Shown here piece by piece: positions 1-10,151 of a stretch of 64,000 nt of DNA. Both the position numbers and the translations under genes were made by a program. The stretch is from Chamaesiphon sp. (lineage in GTDB: Bacteria; Cyanobacteriota; Cyanobacteriia; Cyanobacteriales; Chamaesiphonaceae), in assembly GCA_965246715.1 (NCBI GenBank), contig CBDFFH010000037.1:32001-96000 (forward strand), in the 5' to 3' direction. The first letter of the stretch is position 1; each line of letters begins with the position of its first letter. The notes beneath the pieces were generated by a model, which ran no database searches, had not been told where the DNA came from, and worked only from the letters and a program-made list of their open reading frames with translations.

Positions 1-1082
1 CTACGCGCTGTTTGTCGCTGCCTTAATTCTCGTTGGCGGTGCTTTAGGCGATTACCTCCGGTAGGCTACGCCAACGGTTTGGACGGCGGCGGATCTTTAC
101 GATCGGGGTAAGTTTATTCACCCTAGCATCTGTCTGGTGTGGATTATCGCCCAATGTGCAGCAACTAATTTGGGCGCGATCGGTACAAGGTATCGGCGGT
201 GCTTTACTCATCCCTGGCAGTTTGGCGATTATCAGCGCGACATTTCCAGCAGAGCGACGCGGTAGGGCGATTGGGATTTGGTCTGGCTTTACAGCGATGA
301 CCTCCGCGATCGGACCAGTATTGGGCGGCTGGTTAATCGAACATGCTTCTTGGCACTGGCTATTTTTTATTAACGTGCCGTTAGCGGCGATCTATGCTGC
401 GTTGGCGGGAGCGTTGTTTTTTCTGCCATTTAATTTAATTCAAGTGCAGCACTACTCGCCGACAGCGGCGGGTGCAGCACTAGTACCATTTCCAATTTTG
501 ATGTTTTTGCTGTCGCGGTGGTCTGGTGGGTTGGTCGATCGCTATGGTGCCAGAAAACCGCTCGTTGTCGGCCCGACGATTGCGGCGGTGGGACTGGGTT
601 TGATGAGTGTACCGAGCATCGGCGGCAGCTATTGGACGACATTTTTTCCGGCAGTCATCGTGCTGGGATTGGGGATGGCAATCTGTGTGGCACCGCTGAC
701 CACCACTGTAATGGCGGCTGTGGAAGTGCGTTATGCAGGCGCAGCTTCGGGAATTAATAATGCAGTTTCCCGCATTGCTGGTTTGGTGGCGATCGCTGTT
801 TTGGGCATTGTCGTCGCCAATATTTTCAACGCCAGCTTAGATCGCAGCATTATCTCACTCGATCTGTCCGTACCAGCCCGACAATTTCTCGATACCCAGC
901 GCATCAACTTAGCGGCGGCAGCAGTGCCTCCAGGCTTGAGTACGAGTGCGAGTGCCGCACTGCGGTCGGCGATCGCGCTGGCATTTGTCGATGGTTTCCG
1001 CTGGGTAATGTGGATTGCGGCGGGCTTAGCAGTTACTAGTGCCGCGATCGCGGCTCTCATGTTGGGTGAAACTCGGCAATAG
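1..1082 (+). pseudogene. DHA2/EmrB-QacA-type MFS efflux transporter, disrupted (5' end outside window)
   Basis: The frame at 2-52 reads YALFVAALILVGGALGD. A 22-nt insertion (53-74) brings a TAG and a frameshift, then RFGRRRIF resumes in the frame of ORF 156-1082. The junction FFINVPLAAI/YAALAGALFF (~392) appears to lack several TM helices. Confidence 0.8.
53..74 (+). mobile_element. 22-nt double-hairpin micro-element inserted at CGAT^CG
   Basis: TACC-TCC-GGTA GGC-TAC-GCC AA flanked by CGAT and CG; removing it restores the MFS motif GD-RFGRR. Confidence 0.85.
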
Positions 1083-1155
1083 TAGAGCCGAACGTTGAGG
1101 CTACGCTTGTTTTCAAGAGAATGCGGACATTAATTAGGGGCATGAAGGAGCAAAT

Positions 1156-2347
1156 ATGGCGAATTTACTCACCAAAGCTAACGAATCATCCAGTCGGCGG
1201 TGGCGAACTCCTAGCCTCCGCAGCAGTAGTGATGAAGAACAGTTGCGTCATGCCAGTTGGATCGAATTATTCTTCGATCTGGTGTTTGTGGTCGTCATCT
1301 CAAAATTGAGCCACACGTTGTCAGCTCATCTTTCATGGATGGGATTTCTCCAGTTTGCGGCGTTATTTGTACCCTGTTGGTGGGCGTGGACGATCTATAC
1401 ATTTTATGTCGATCGCTATGACACCGATGATGTGGTGTATCGGCTGTTAATGTTGGGTGGAATGCTCGCTGTCATTTTTTTAGCAGCGAACGTGCATAAT
1501 GCCTTTGGCGACGGTGCGACTGGGTTTACGATTGCCTATGTCACGATTAGATCGATCGTCCTTGCACTATATATTCGAGCCGCTGGTTATGTCCCCATCG
1601 CTCATACCAGCGTCCGGCTCTATCTGGGTTCTTATGTGCCCAGCACGGCGTTATGGTTGGGATCGATCGCTGCACCAGCGTCGAGCCGCTTCGTGCTGTG
1701 GGCACTGGCGATGACCATCGAACTCGTGGTGCCGATCTTGGGATCGAGAATGCTGGCTAGAACCCCCGTGCATCCTTCGCATCTGCCCGAACGGTTTGGG
1801 TTATTTACGCTGATTGTGTTGGGCGAATTAGTGGTATCGGTGGCGGGTAAAATGGCCAGCGGTCACTGGGATCTGTTACAGACGATCGCGGCTGTGGGTG
1901 GATTTGCGATCGCGGCGTGTCTGTGGTGGCTTTATTTTGCCTTTTTGGAAAATGCGGTGGTAGTGCGGGGGATTGGCTCTGTACATATATAACTACGGGC
2001 ATTTACCGATTTTGATGGGGCTAGCTCTAGTGGCAGTCGGTACCGAGCAAACGATTGAATCAGCGACTCATGATGTCCTCCCAATTGGCGCAAGATGGAC
2101 GCTGTGCGGGGGGGTGGCACTGTATACAGCAGCGATTTTGATGATTTTGCTATTCACCTGCCGCCGCAACTTCTCTTGGACTACGGTGTGGGCGATCGCG
2201 ATCGCGTTAGGTTTGGCAATTTGGGGCGGTTCGTTACCACCGTTAGTTTTAGAGGGCGGTTTGCTGGCGATGTTGCTGTGGAAGGTGGGGCTAAATATCC
2301 GTAGCACTGATGCTCCCCTTAGCATTATTGAAGATGAACCGTCTTGA
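1156..2347 (+). pseudogene. ltrA: Low temperature requirement protein A (LtrA) family membrane protein, frameshifted
   Basis: ASWIELFFDLVFV and HLPERFGLFTLIVLGE motifs; frame change at the CATATATA tract near 1985, continuing as YNYGHLPI in ORF 1973-2347. Confidence 0.85.
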
Positions 2348-2745
2348 ATATCTACACTGGATTGGGTTGGAAAAAAGACAGTCATTCTATTGTGAAGCTC
2401 GCTTTCAATCGGTCGATGCGTCTATCTTTGAAGAGATTTGGCGATAAATCAATGGTGATATCTTCGCTGTAGGTTGTAGAATTACATTTCAAAGCTAAAT
2501 TTAGATAAGTTTTTAGCTATTGAATTCGCGTGTTCTTGCCGTATTATGCGTTTAGGATTGTGGGTCGCTATCGATATCGTTGACATTTAACCGCTCTACC
2601 AGTGGTCCCAAATTACGACCATAACAGTTGTTAAAATTAAAATTGTACCGATTGCAATTGATGATAACTGCATCTGTTCGGTCTAGATCCGATTTGTGAT
2701 AATGAAATTAATCAATCGCAGATTGTCCTCACACACTAGGTCACA

Positions 2746-2961
2746 ATGATGAAATTTACCCGACTAAAATCCGGCTACCAATATCTTCAACAGCAGATTT
2801 GGCAATACATCCAGCAGACAAGCGAACCCCAGACGACACAAAGATGCGAGTGAAATGGGAATGTGTACTATGAGGCTTACGATCCCAGAACTCAAGATTC
2901 GGCAACTTTTGGCTCTGAATCCAAAATTCGTTGGTGGCTAGAACAACACTATTGGCGATGA
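2746..2961 (+). pseudogene. Small conserved cyanobacterial hypothetical protein with in-frame stop
   Basis: MMKFTRLK...SEPQTTQRCE*NGNVYYEAYDPRTQDSATFGSESKIRWWLEQHYWR; TGA at 2851. Confidence 0.55.
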
Positions 2962-3135
2962 TTTAGCATCAAGGTCAGGCATCGAGATCGAAAATTAGCT
3001 TAGACAAAAACAAGTTTTTATGACGATCGATAGCCGCGCGATTTCGCAACGACTACTCTTCTGACTTCAAAAGTCATTTTTCCTCTATTTCGATAATCGC
3101 TCGTGGTTTGAGGAATTGTAATAAATGGTCGATCG

Positions 3136-3221
3136 TGATAACGGCACAGTTGAGCGGTAGCAGAGCACTCTAAACTCAACACCGAGATCTTTGTGCTATC
3201 GGCTTCAACGCAGTGTTGGGC
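3136..3221 (-). other. attC-like integron cassette recombination site
   Basis: Minus strand GCCCAAC-actgcg-TTGAAGCCGA...CCGCTCAA-ctgtgcc-GTTATCA, 86 bp, 10 nt after the GNAT stop. Confidence 0.7.
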
Positions 3222-3231
3222 TGCTTGGCTG

Positions 3232-3747
3232 CTAATCTTGCACAGACTCTAAAAACTTCTCCATAAAAATATTGCACGGACTATCGTTATACCTCTCAAT
3301 CGGGGAGAAACCAAGCCTTCTGTAAAGTTTGAGTGCTTGGGGTTGCTGCTCCTCATTTGCCAGGTCAAGCCTCACTTTTCGATAACCGACCTGTCTTGCA
3401 AAATCGAAGAGCATTTGAGCCATTTTCCAGCCCCAGCCCTGTCCTCGATACACCTTGAGCAACCACATCCGTTTAAGTTCGCAAATTTCGTCATCGAGTT
3501 TTCGGATTCCCCCAGTACCAACAACCTGCTCGTTGTCCACTAGCACCAAGAACATCCCACCGTTGTCAAAATAGTGAAATCGCACCTGCTCGATATCAGA
3601 CATCGAATCATAACGCTTCACATCTTCTTCATTCAGAATATCCTGCCAAATGTCCAGACATACGGCGGTAACGACCTGCTTGGCTTGTTCGATCTGATGC
3701 TGTTGAATTGGTCCGATCTCAACCATTGGGATTTCTATAAGTGTCAC
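3232..3747 (-). CDS. GNAT family N-acetyltransferase
   Basis: VGTGGIRKL, ELKRMW, YRGQGWG and ALKLYRRLGF motifs. Confidence 0.9.
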   Translation of the reverse strand: MTLIEIPMVEIGPIQQHQIEQAKQVVTAVCLDIWQDILNEEDVKRYDSMSDIEQVRFHYFDNGGMFLVLVDNEQVVGTGGIRKLDDEICELKRMWLLKVYRGQGWGWKMAQMLFDFARQVGYRKVRLDLANEEQQPQALKLYRRLGFSPIERYNDSPCNIFMEKFLESVQD

Positions 3748-4661
3748 TACTCACCAATCACTTGACTTTGTTCAGGTGCATTGGGATTGTTATACGGCGA
3801 TCGACGACTACTTTTATTTCCAGCTTTACGACCCAATATATACAAAGTCGTGAGATCGTCCCAGATTCCCTCCTCAGTTTGGAGAGATTCTAGTTCTGCA
3901 TCAAATTCTGCTTTGGCTTGCGCCAACTGTGCTGATGAGAGTTGCGACAACCCATTGCCTAATACCTTGAGAGAGGTAGATGAAGGCTGCACAACAACCC
4001 CCTCCCAAGTTGCTTTTGCTCTCTCTAGGTTCGTGTAGCTGCCGTGTTGCTCTGTTTTGATTTCAACTGCCTCAAAACCAGCATCGATCGATAAAGCTTG
4101 GCACTGCTCAACGGAGCCGATCCGATTACTAGCTTCTAGTGAAACGCCATACTTTGCAAACACTTTTCGTAAGACAACAGCCCCAATATACGCTGTATCA
4201 GCAGGAGTATGAATCCCGATTCGACCACCAGGCTTGAGAAGTCGATGCCACAGCCGTAAGGTCGCTTCTTTATCTTCCATCCAAGGAAATGTGTTTGCAC
4301 ACAAAATATGGTCGAAATGATTGACTGGATAATCGAGAGCCTCAGCATCTGCAAGTTGGAACTCCACATTACCGAGTCCCAATGCGTTAACTTTGCTCTG
4401 TGCTCGATCTAGCATTCCGGCAGAAATATCGATTCCAATCACCTGCCCCTGCTCACCGACGATTTGAGCCGCCGCAATCGCGAGATGACCTGTGCCTGTG
4501 CCAATATCTAAAACTGTTTGTCCAGCAACAACCTGTGAATATTCAAGCAGACGACGACAAATTTGAACGTGCCATTCGCTATTGTCATAGGTTTGACTTC
4601 TGCGATCGTAAGAATCCGCCACCCCTTGCTTGTAGTCGTTTAATTCAAGTTGGTTCACCAT
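3747..4661 (-). CDS. Class I SAM-dependent methyltransferase (UbiE-like)
   Basis: VLDIGTGTG, GIDIS, DAEAL and LLKPGG motifs. Confidence 0.9.
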   Translation of the reverse strand: MVNQLELNDYKQGVADSYDRRSQTYDNSEWHVQICRRLLEYSQVVAGQTVLDIGTGTGHLAIAAAQIVGEQGQVIGIDISAGMLDRAQSKVNALGLGNVEFQLADAEALDYPVNHFDHILCANTFPWMEDKEATLRLWHRLLKPGGRIGIHTPADTAYIGAVVLRKVFAKYGVSLEASNRIGSVEQCQALSIDAGFEAVEIKTEQHGSYTNLERAKATWEGVVVQPSSTSLKVLGNGLSQLSSAQLAQAKAEFDAELESLQTEEGIWDDLTTLYILGRKAGNKSSRRSPYNNPNAPEQSQVIGE

Positions 4662-4759
4662 CCGAGATTTGCCTCAACAACGACCGAGCCTAACGCCAAT
4701 TTAACTCTAATTGACCCACCGAGAACTTGTAACTACCACCCTCACCAACGGACTGAGCC

Positions 4760-4847
4760 GCATAACGTTCCGGTTGAGCGGCAGCAGATCGACCATAGCG
4801 CTCAACGAAAAGACTCTCAACTGTCCGCTCCAATCGGGTTGTTAGCT
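4760..4847 (-). other. attC-like integron cassette recombination site
   Basis: Minus strand AGCTAAC-aacccga-TTGGAGCGG...CCGCTCAA-ccggaac-GTTATGC, 88 bp; the hydrolase stop TAA lies inside the RYYYAAC-like box. Confidence 0.8.
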
Positions 4848-5540
4848 GGCTGTCGCCAACTCGCTGAGTATAGATGCTAGATGCGCTGGACGAGACAAAT
4901 ACGGGCAGTGCCCACCCGGTAACTCAACGACCTCTACTCCAAAACGCTCGCCAAAGGCGCGACGACTCCAACTTGAATTAATGGTTCTGTCTTTCGAGCA
5001 AGCAACGTAAGACGAACTCACGTGCGGAAACTCGTTCAATGGAAACGTTTCATTCATTGCGGCTTCTGCATACATCAAGATTCGGGTATTCAATGCCCAT
5101 TCTGCAACTTCATCAGAGCAGTCGTGAAACAAAAACTGCATGGCAAGTTCAACATCTTGAGAAGGGTCTTTTCCGGCTTGTCCGATCTCAATCCATTCAG
5201 GTTGGAACATATCGGGATCGGTACTCCTGAACTGACCAAAGATACTGGCTCCCAGCTTAGGAATAACAGCCGCCAGATAAATTAGATGGCGAACGGGTTT
5301 TAGGTGTGCAACCAACGGTAAAAACGCACCACTTGCTGAATGACCCACGACGATCGCATCATCGGCTTGGTCAATTGACTGAGTGATAATTTCTGCGTAT
5401 TCCATTCCACTGGCATTGCGTCGATCAGTTGGCAGATTCATTCTTACAGTTTGATGTCCCAACTCCTCCAGTTCAGGAATGAGCAAATCCCAACAGGAAG
5501 CATTCTGAGTTGAGCCATGCACTAGACAGAATAAACTCAT
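4842..5540 (-). CDS. Alpha/beta fold hydrolase (methylesterase-like)
   Basis: LVHG, VGHSASG nucleophile elbow, DRTI and GGHCP. Confidence 0.9.
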   Translation of the reverse strand: MSLFCLVHGSTQNASCWDLLIPELEELGHQTVRMNLPTDRRNASGMEYAEIITQSIDQADDAIVVGHSASGAFLPLVAHLKPVRHLIYLAAVIPKLGASIFGQFRSTDPDMFQPEWIEIGQAGKDPSQDVELAMQFLFHDCSDEVAEWALNTRILMYAEAAMNETFPLNEFPHVSSSYVACSKDRTINSSWSRRAFGERFGVEVVELPGGHCPYLSRPAHLASILSELATAS

Positions 5541-5644
5541 GACCTTATCCCGTTTTTCTTCTGCTAACTACGATCTTGAAATACCCACAGATGATCTTCA
5601 TACTACTGCCCCTACCGATGAATTCAAGCCAGCTAACTATTATT

Positions 5645-5779
5645 AGGCGGAAAGTTTCCGCCTATTCACCCAAATTTGGGTAGATAGACTGAAAAATTCA
5701 GCATATTCCCTATATAAAAGCAGAATGTTTCTGCCTATCATCCTATTTAAGGTGGATTTACTGAATTTTTCAATATATT
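5645..5779. repeat. Two tandem ~62-bp imperfect units made of short palindromes (possible attI-like region)
   Basis: AGGCGGAAAGTTTCCGCCT...ACTGAAAAATTCAGCAT versus AAGCAGAATGTTTCTGCCT...ACTGAATTTTTCAATAT, next to a GTTAGCT core (5631-5637, minus strand). Confidence 0.5.
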
Positions 5780-5824
5780 GAAACATTATGCAAAATCCCC
5801 TAAGAAGCTGCTAGGGCAAACAGG

Positions 5825-6034
5825 GTAGAGTGGGCATTGACCACCAACTAGGTTTCAGGCAGCGTCGGTCGACACAAAACTAATCTTTAATTGCTAAAAT
5901 TCGATCGATACGATTTAGCCACAGTTAGAGTCAACTGTGCGATCGCCAACTATCCGAGCAGCGATTTGAAGGCGATGGTTAGATTTAAAGTTAGTATTGT
6001 TTCAAACCTGTGCGGTTGGCACTGCCCACCCTAC
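5825..6034. repeat. Inverted pair of GTAG-type REP-like sequences (REPIN/MITE-like)
   Basis: GTAGAGTGGGCATTGACCACC (5825) and GGTTGGCACTGCCCACCCTAC (6014-6034) are near reverse complements. Confidence 0.6.
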
Positions 6035-6095
6035 AAAACCTAGAAAAGACTCAACATCCAGCAGGCTATTGAGTCTTTTCGCTAATTGCCATGCA

Positions 6096-6178
6096 GCCCA
6101 ACACTGCGGTGCAGCGGACAGCCACAAGCCTCTGGTTTTGAGTTCGAGGTTGTCTGCTGCTGACCTGTGCCGTTGGAC
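6096..6178 (+). other. attC-like site in the opposite orientation
   Basis: GCCCAAC-actgcg-GTGCAGCGGACAG...CTGCTGCTGAC-ctgtgcc-GTTGGAC; its ends match the 3136-3221 site. Confidence 0.65.
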
Positions 6179-6316
6179 CGGAAGATTGTTTACTTGGGTG
6201 TAGCTCAAAGGCATTGGCATGAACTCATCGATCTATCAAACTAAAATTCAGCTTTAACAAGTAGCTGATAACGACGCACAAACAACAGGCGATCTCGATC
6301 TTATGAGGCAATAAAG

Positions 6317-7519
6317 ATGAAACTGTTCGATCCAACCAGACACTATCCACTCTTACAGCTAGACTGGAATCGCAATACGGCTCAACAAGCAATTACCGCG
6401 ATCGTCCATGAAACTATCGCTCAACTGCAAACTGCGCCGTTGCTGCCCGGACACCCGATGGACGATGGAGAGTTTGGTAGCGACCTGTACTTTGGTAAAG
6501 CTGGAGTGCTATGGGCGATCGATTATCTGCAAACCGTCGGTGCAGTTGACTCAACTTTTGATGTAGCCACTCATCTCGATGTAACACTCGCCCAAAATCG
6601 GCAGCATTATCCCCAGGTCAGTCCCTATCCAGAGCAGTCGTCTTATCTATTTGGAGAACTGCCACTGCTGCTACTGCAATATAAGTTATCTCCCTCAGCA
6701 GACAAAGCTACCCAAATCTGGGACTCGATTCACAAGAACGACTCCCAGCCCATTCGAGAGCTGATGTGGGGCATCGCAGGCTCGATGCTAGCTGCTTACT
6801 TTATGTATCAGTGGACGCAGGAATCAAGATGGCAAGAGGTCTTCAAATTCCAAGCAGGTTTACTGCTCCACGAGTGGCAACCCGTTGGTGAAGCTGGGTA
6901 TTTGTGGACGATCGATTTGTACGGTAGCCAGCAGCAATGGCTGGGACCCATACATGGTTTTGCCAGCAACTTAACGCCATTGCTGGTCGGACGATCCTTA
7001 TTGACCGATGAGGAATTTCAAGACATCTCAACCAAAGCGATGATGACTGTGGTTCAGACCGCAGTGACGGGGGATGACGGCGCAAACTGGGCAGCAGTTT
7101 ATGACGCAGCAAATCCTAGTCAAACTCCAAATCTAGTCCAGTACTGTCATGGCGCACCTGGAATAGTCACGGCTTTGGCAATGCTACCGCAAGGGATCGA
7201 TGAGCGATTCGATCTCATTTTGGAGCAGGGTGGAGAACTGACTTGGCAAGCAGGTCCATTGAAGAAGGGATCGAATTTGTGTCATGGTACGGGAGGCAAT
7301 GGCTATGCCTTTCTCAAGCTCTTTATCCGCACTGGGAAACAGATGTGGCTCGATCGCGCTAGAGTCTTTGCAATGCACGCCATCGAACAGTACCGCCTGT
7401 CGCAGCAACTCTATGGGCAGTTGCGCTATCCGCTCTGGACAGGAGATCTTGGTTTAGCAATTTATCTCTGGGACTGCCTAGAAGCACAGGCGAAGTTTCC
7501 CACGATCGACCTATTTTAG
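6317..7519 (+). CDS. Lanthionine synthetase C-like (LanC-like) protein, stand-alone
   Basis: LYFGKAG, GPIHG, QYCHGAPG, NLCHGTGG and LWTGDLG alpha/alpha-barrel motifs. Confidence 0.85.
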   Translation: MKLFDPTRHYPLLQLDWNRNTAQQAITAIVHETIAQLQTAPLLPGHPMDDGEFGSDLYFGKAGVLWAIDYLQTVGAVDSTFDVATHLDVTLAQNRQHYPQVSPYPEQSSYLFGELPLLLLQYKLSPSADKATQIWDSIHKNDSQPIRELMWGIAGSMLAAYFMYQWTQESRWQEVFKFQAGLLLHEWQPVGEAGYLWTIDLYGSQQQWLGPIHGFASNLTPLLVGRSLLTDEEFQDISTKAMMTVVQTAVTGDDGANWAAVYDAANPSQTPNLVQYCHGAPGIVTALAMLPQGIDERFDLILEQGGELTWQAGPLKKGSNLCHGTGGNGYAFLKLFIRTGKQMWLDRARVFAMHAIEQYRLSQQLYGQLRYPLWTGDLGLAIYLWDCLEAQAKFPTIDLF

Positions 7520-7593
7520 TGGTATCTTAGTAAACCTTTAATTAGAATAAAACGCAAAGATAATCTATTTTTGGAAGCTGGGAGCCAACGATT

Positions 7594-8226
7594 TTGTACG
7601 GAGCAGATCCGAAAGACAAGCATCCAATGAAGGGGTTTCCGCAAATCTGCTTTATTCAGAACACGGTGTCGAATCCTAATATCATTGTTGGAGATTACAC
7701 GTATTACGACGATCCAGAAGATTCAGAAAACTTCGAGCGGAACGTTTTGTACCATTTCCCGTTCATTGGCGATCGCTTAATCATCGGAAAGTTTTGCGCT
7801 TTGGCAAGAGGCGTAAAGTTCATCATGAATGGTGCCAATCACAAGTTGGACGGGTTTTCGACTTATCCGTTTCAAATTTTCGGCAACGGTTGGGAAAAAG
7901 TCACCCCTCAAACTGGAGAACTGCCCTACAAAGGCGATACGGAAATCGGCAATGATGTGTGGATTGGCTATGATGCCATGATTATGCCAGGGGTGCAGAT
8001 GGGAGACGGAGCGATCGTTGCCGCAAAGTCAGTTGTTGTAGGCGATATTTCACCCTATACGATTGTTGGCGGTAATCCAGCCAAGTGTATCCGCCAACGC
8101 TTTGACGATCGAACGATCCAAGCATTGCTTGAAGTTGCTTGGTGGGATTGGGACATTGAGAAAATTACGCGCAATTTGGAAAAGATTGTAGCGGCAAATA
8201 TTGAAGATCTAAAAAATTGTAAATAG
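7594..8226 (+). CDS. vat: Vat/CatB family xenobiotic O-acetyltransferase (hexapeptide repeat)
   Basis: PNIIVGDYTYYDDP, IGKFCALA, MNGANH, STYPF, IGNDVWIG and WWDWDIEKI. Confidence 0.88.
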   Translation: MYGADPKDKHPMKGFPQICFIQNTVSNPNIIVGDYTYYDDPEDSENFERNVLYHFPFIGDRLIIGKFCALARGVKFIMNGANHKLDGFSTYPFQIFGNGWEKVTPQTGELPYKGDTEIGNDVWIGYDAMIMPGVQMGDGAIVAAKSVVVGDISPYTIVGGNPAKCIRQRFDDRTIQALLEVAWWDWDIEKITRNLEKIVAANIEDLKNCK

Positions 8227-8314
8227 CACAGTAAAATAAATCTGTTAGAGCAGATTGACTGTGGCGTTAGATCGATCGATTGATTGGAATTCAGCATTAA
8301 AGTCTGTTGCTACA

Positions 8315-8962
8315 TCAAGCTTTAATTCCAGCCCAAATTAGATCGGTCGCAGCTTGAATCTGTAGCTCGATCGCTTCCGCACTTAAAAGTTGCCGTGTCG
8401 GATCGAGATACTTGATATTCTCATGAGCGTTGAAATAAAACGTACAAACGCCCAGGATATTAATAGTAGTAAGAAATGGATCGATCGATCGCACCACTCC
8501 TTCAGCCATACCGCGTTCTAAAATTGTCGTCATACTCCAAAAACTCTGTTGCCAACCACTAGATGCCCCATATTGCCCCTGATTTTGAATCGCTTCATAA
8601 AACCACAACATCCCTCGATGTGGATACATTGCGCCGTAAGTAATCCCCGATCGAATCGATGCTTTAATCGCTGCTTCTGTGGGTAAAGATTCCGAAGATA
8701 GTTGTTGAAAAGATGCCTCTAATTCGCTACCAATTCGTTGCATCACCGCCTGATAAAGTCCTTCTTTGCTCTCAAAGTAGTAATAAATCATCGCTTTAAC
8801 CACGCCAATTCGCGCCGCGATCGCATCAATCTTGGCACCAGCTAACCCATAGCGGGCAAACTCTTCTTCGGCTGCATCCAGAATTTGTGCCTGAGTTGTC
8901 TCGGCATCGCGGGTTTGGCGGGGTTTATTCGATCTGCGCTTTGAAGAATCTGAAGAACTCAC
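8315..8962 (-). CDS. TetR/AcrR family transcriptional regulator (start estimated at GTG 8962)
   Basis: ILDAAEEEFARYGLAGAKIDAIA...MIYYYFESKEGLY HTH. Confidence 0.9.
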   Translation of the reverse strand: MSSSDSSKRRSNKPRQTRDAETTQAQILDAAEEEFARYGLAGAKIDAIAARIGVVKAMIYYYFESKEGLYQAVMQRIGSELEASFQQLSSESLPTEAAIKASIRSGITYGAMYPHRGMLWFYEAIQNQGQYGASSGWQQSFWSMTTILERGMAEGVVRSIDPFLTTINILGVCTFYFNAHENIKYLDPTRQLLSAEAIELQIQAATDLIWAGIKA

Positions 8963-9016
8963 ACGTTGGCCTAATATCCGAGCAAGATTAAGTTTAACTG
9001 AAAATTTGGTCGGTAG

Positions 9017-9065
9017 TTGACAATCCAGGTTTCTCCTAGATATACTGACTGAATATATAGTCAGT
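9017..9065 (+). promoter_or_regulatory. Sigma70-type promoter with overlapping inverted repeat (candidate TetR operator)
   Basis: TTGACA (9017) N18 TATACT (9041); palindrome ACTGACT-N8-AGTCAGT 9044-9065 between the divergent TetR and Rieske genes. Confidence 0.6.
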
Positions 9066-9081
9066 TGTGGAGGTTCGATCG

Positions 9082-10041
9082 ATGGTTCCCGTTTTAGCAG
9101 GTGCGCCGTGGCTGATTGCTCATCGATCGATGTTAGGGATCGATCGACCTTACAAGGTAACTTTGAACGATCGGGATTATGTGTTGTGGCAAAATACACG
9201 GGGCGAAATCTTTGGCTTAGACAATGTTTGTCCGCACATGCAGGCTCCGCTCTCTAATGGGTGGATTTGTCAAGAGCGGAATACGATTACCTGCCCGTTT
9301 CATGCGCTGGAGTTTGACGGCGAAGGTAGACTGCACCGAGAAGGTAAGCGAGATTCACAGCCAATCGCACAACCGCTCGAACTCAAGGTAGTTGGCGATT
9401 GTATTTGGACGTATGGCGATTGTGAGCCGCGAGTGCCGATTCCCGATGTCGTTGCGAAAATTGCGGCGGAATATGATTTTGTGGGGATTGCAGGCGAAAA
9501 GACGATTCGATCGGATTTTTTGAGTACTTGGCTGATTAATTCCGATTTCAACCATCAAAATGGCACCCATCGGGAGTTATTTCAGATCGTCCAAAATCAG
9601 ATGACTGAATTTGATAAAGATGGCTATTGGTATCAGGTAAAACAGGAGAGTACGAGAGCGAATAACTCTATTGGAGAGCTTTTGAGCAATCCAGTTTTGT
9701 TAACCCTGCCGAAAGTTCTCAAGAGTACGGTTGAGTATTTTTTCCCTTCAGTGTTGATTCTCTATGCTGAATCGGGAGTGGGGCCATTTGCTCAAGTTGT
9801 GGTGCAATATCCGCAGCAAAACGATCGCACTAAAATTTACGAGTTAATCTTTGGTAAATTCAAGTTTGCCGGGATGAAACCGCTATTCCGGCGATCGATG
9901 TTGAAAGCGATCGATATAGTGGTCGAGCAGGATACAACAGCAATTGAAACGCGCTATCCTCACCAACCTGCTAAAATAAAATTACCGAATGAAGAGGTGA
10001 TGAGCTACGCTGCAAAGCTCTACGATGATTGGGAAAACTGA
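9082..10041 (+). CDS. Rieske (2Fe-2S) non-heme iron oxygenase
   Basis: CPHMQA...CPFH Rieske ligands, DFNHQNGTH iron site, EQD; GGAGG RBS. Confidence 0.88.
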   Translation: MVPVLAGAPWLIAHRSMLGIDRPYKVTLNDRDYVLWQNTRGEIFGLDNVCPHMQAPLSNGWICQERNTITCPFHALEFDGEGRLHREGKRDSQPIAQPLELKVVGDCIWTYGDCEPRVPIPDVVAKIAAEYDFVGIAGEKTIRSDFLSTWLINSDFNHQNGTHRELFQIVQNQMTEFDKDGYWYQVKQESTRANNSIGELLSNPVLLTLPKVLKSTVEYFFPSVLILYAESGVGPFAQVVVQYPQQNDRTKIYELIFGKFKFAGMKPLFRRSMLKAIDIVVEQDTTAIETRYPHQPAKIKLPNEEVMSYAAKLYDDWEN

Positions 10042-10151
10042 TAATCCGATTCTGCGTGGCGATCCGTGGCTGGTTGCCAATCGATCGATTAAGATCTACA
10101 GAGGATATTATTCTCTGACTTAACTTGAATGCCGAGCAAATATTACTAGAA

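Noticed and set aside
2851..2853. Selenocysteine or readthrough TGA
   Set aside because: No Cys/redox context or evident SECIS hairpin; a nonsense mutation is simpler.
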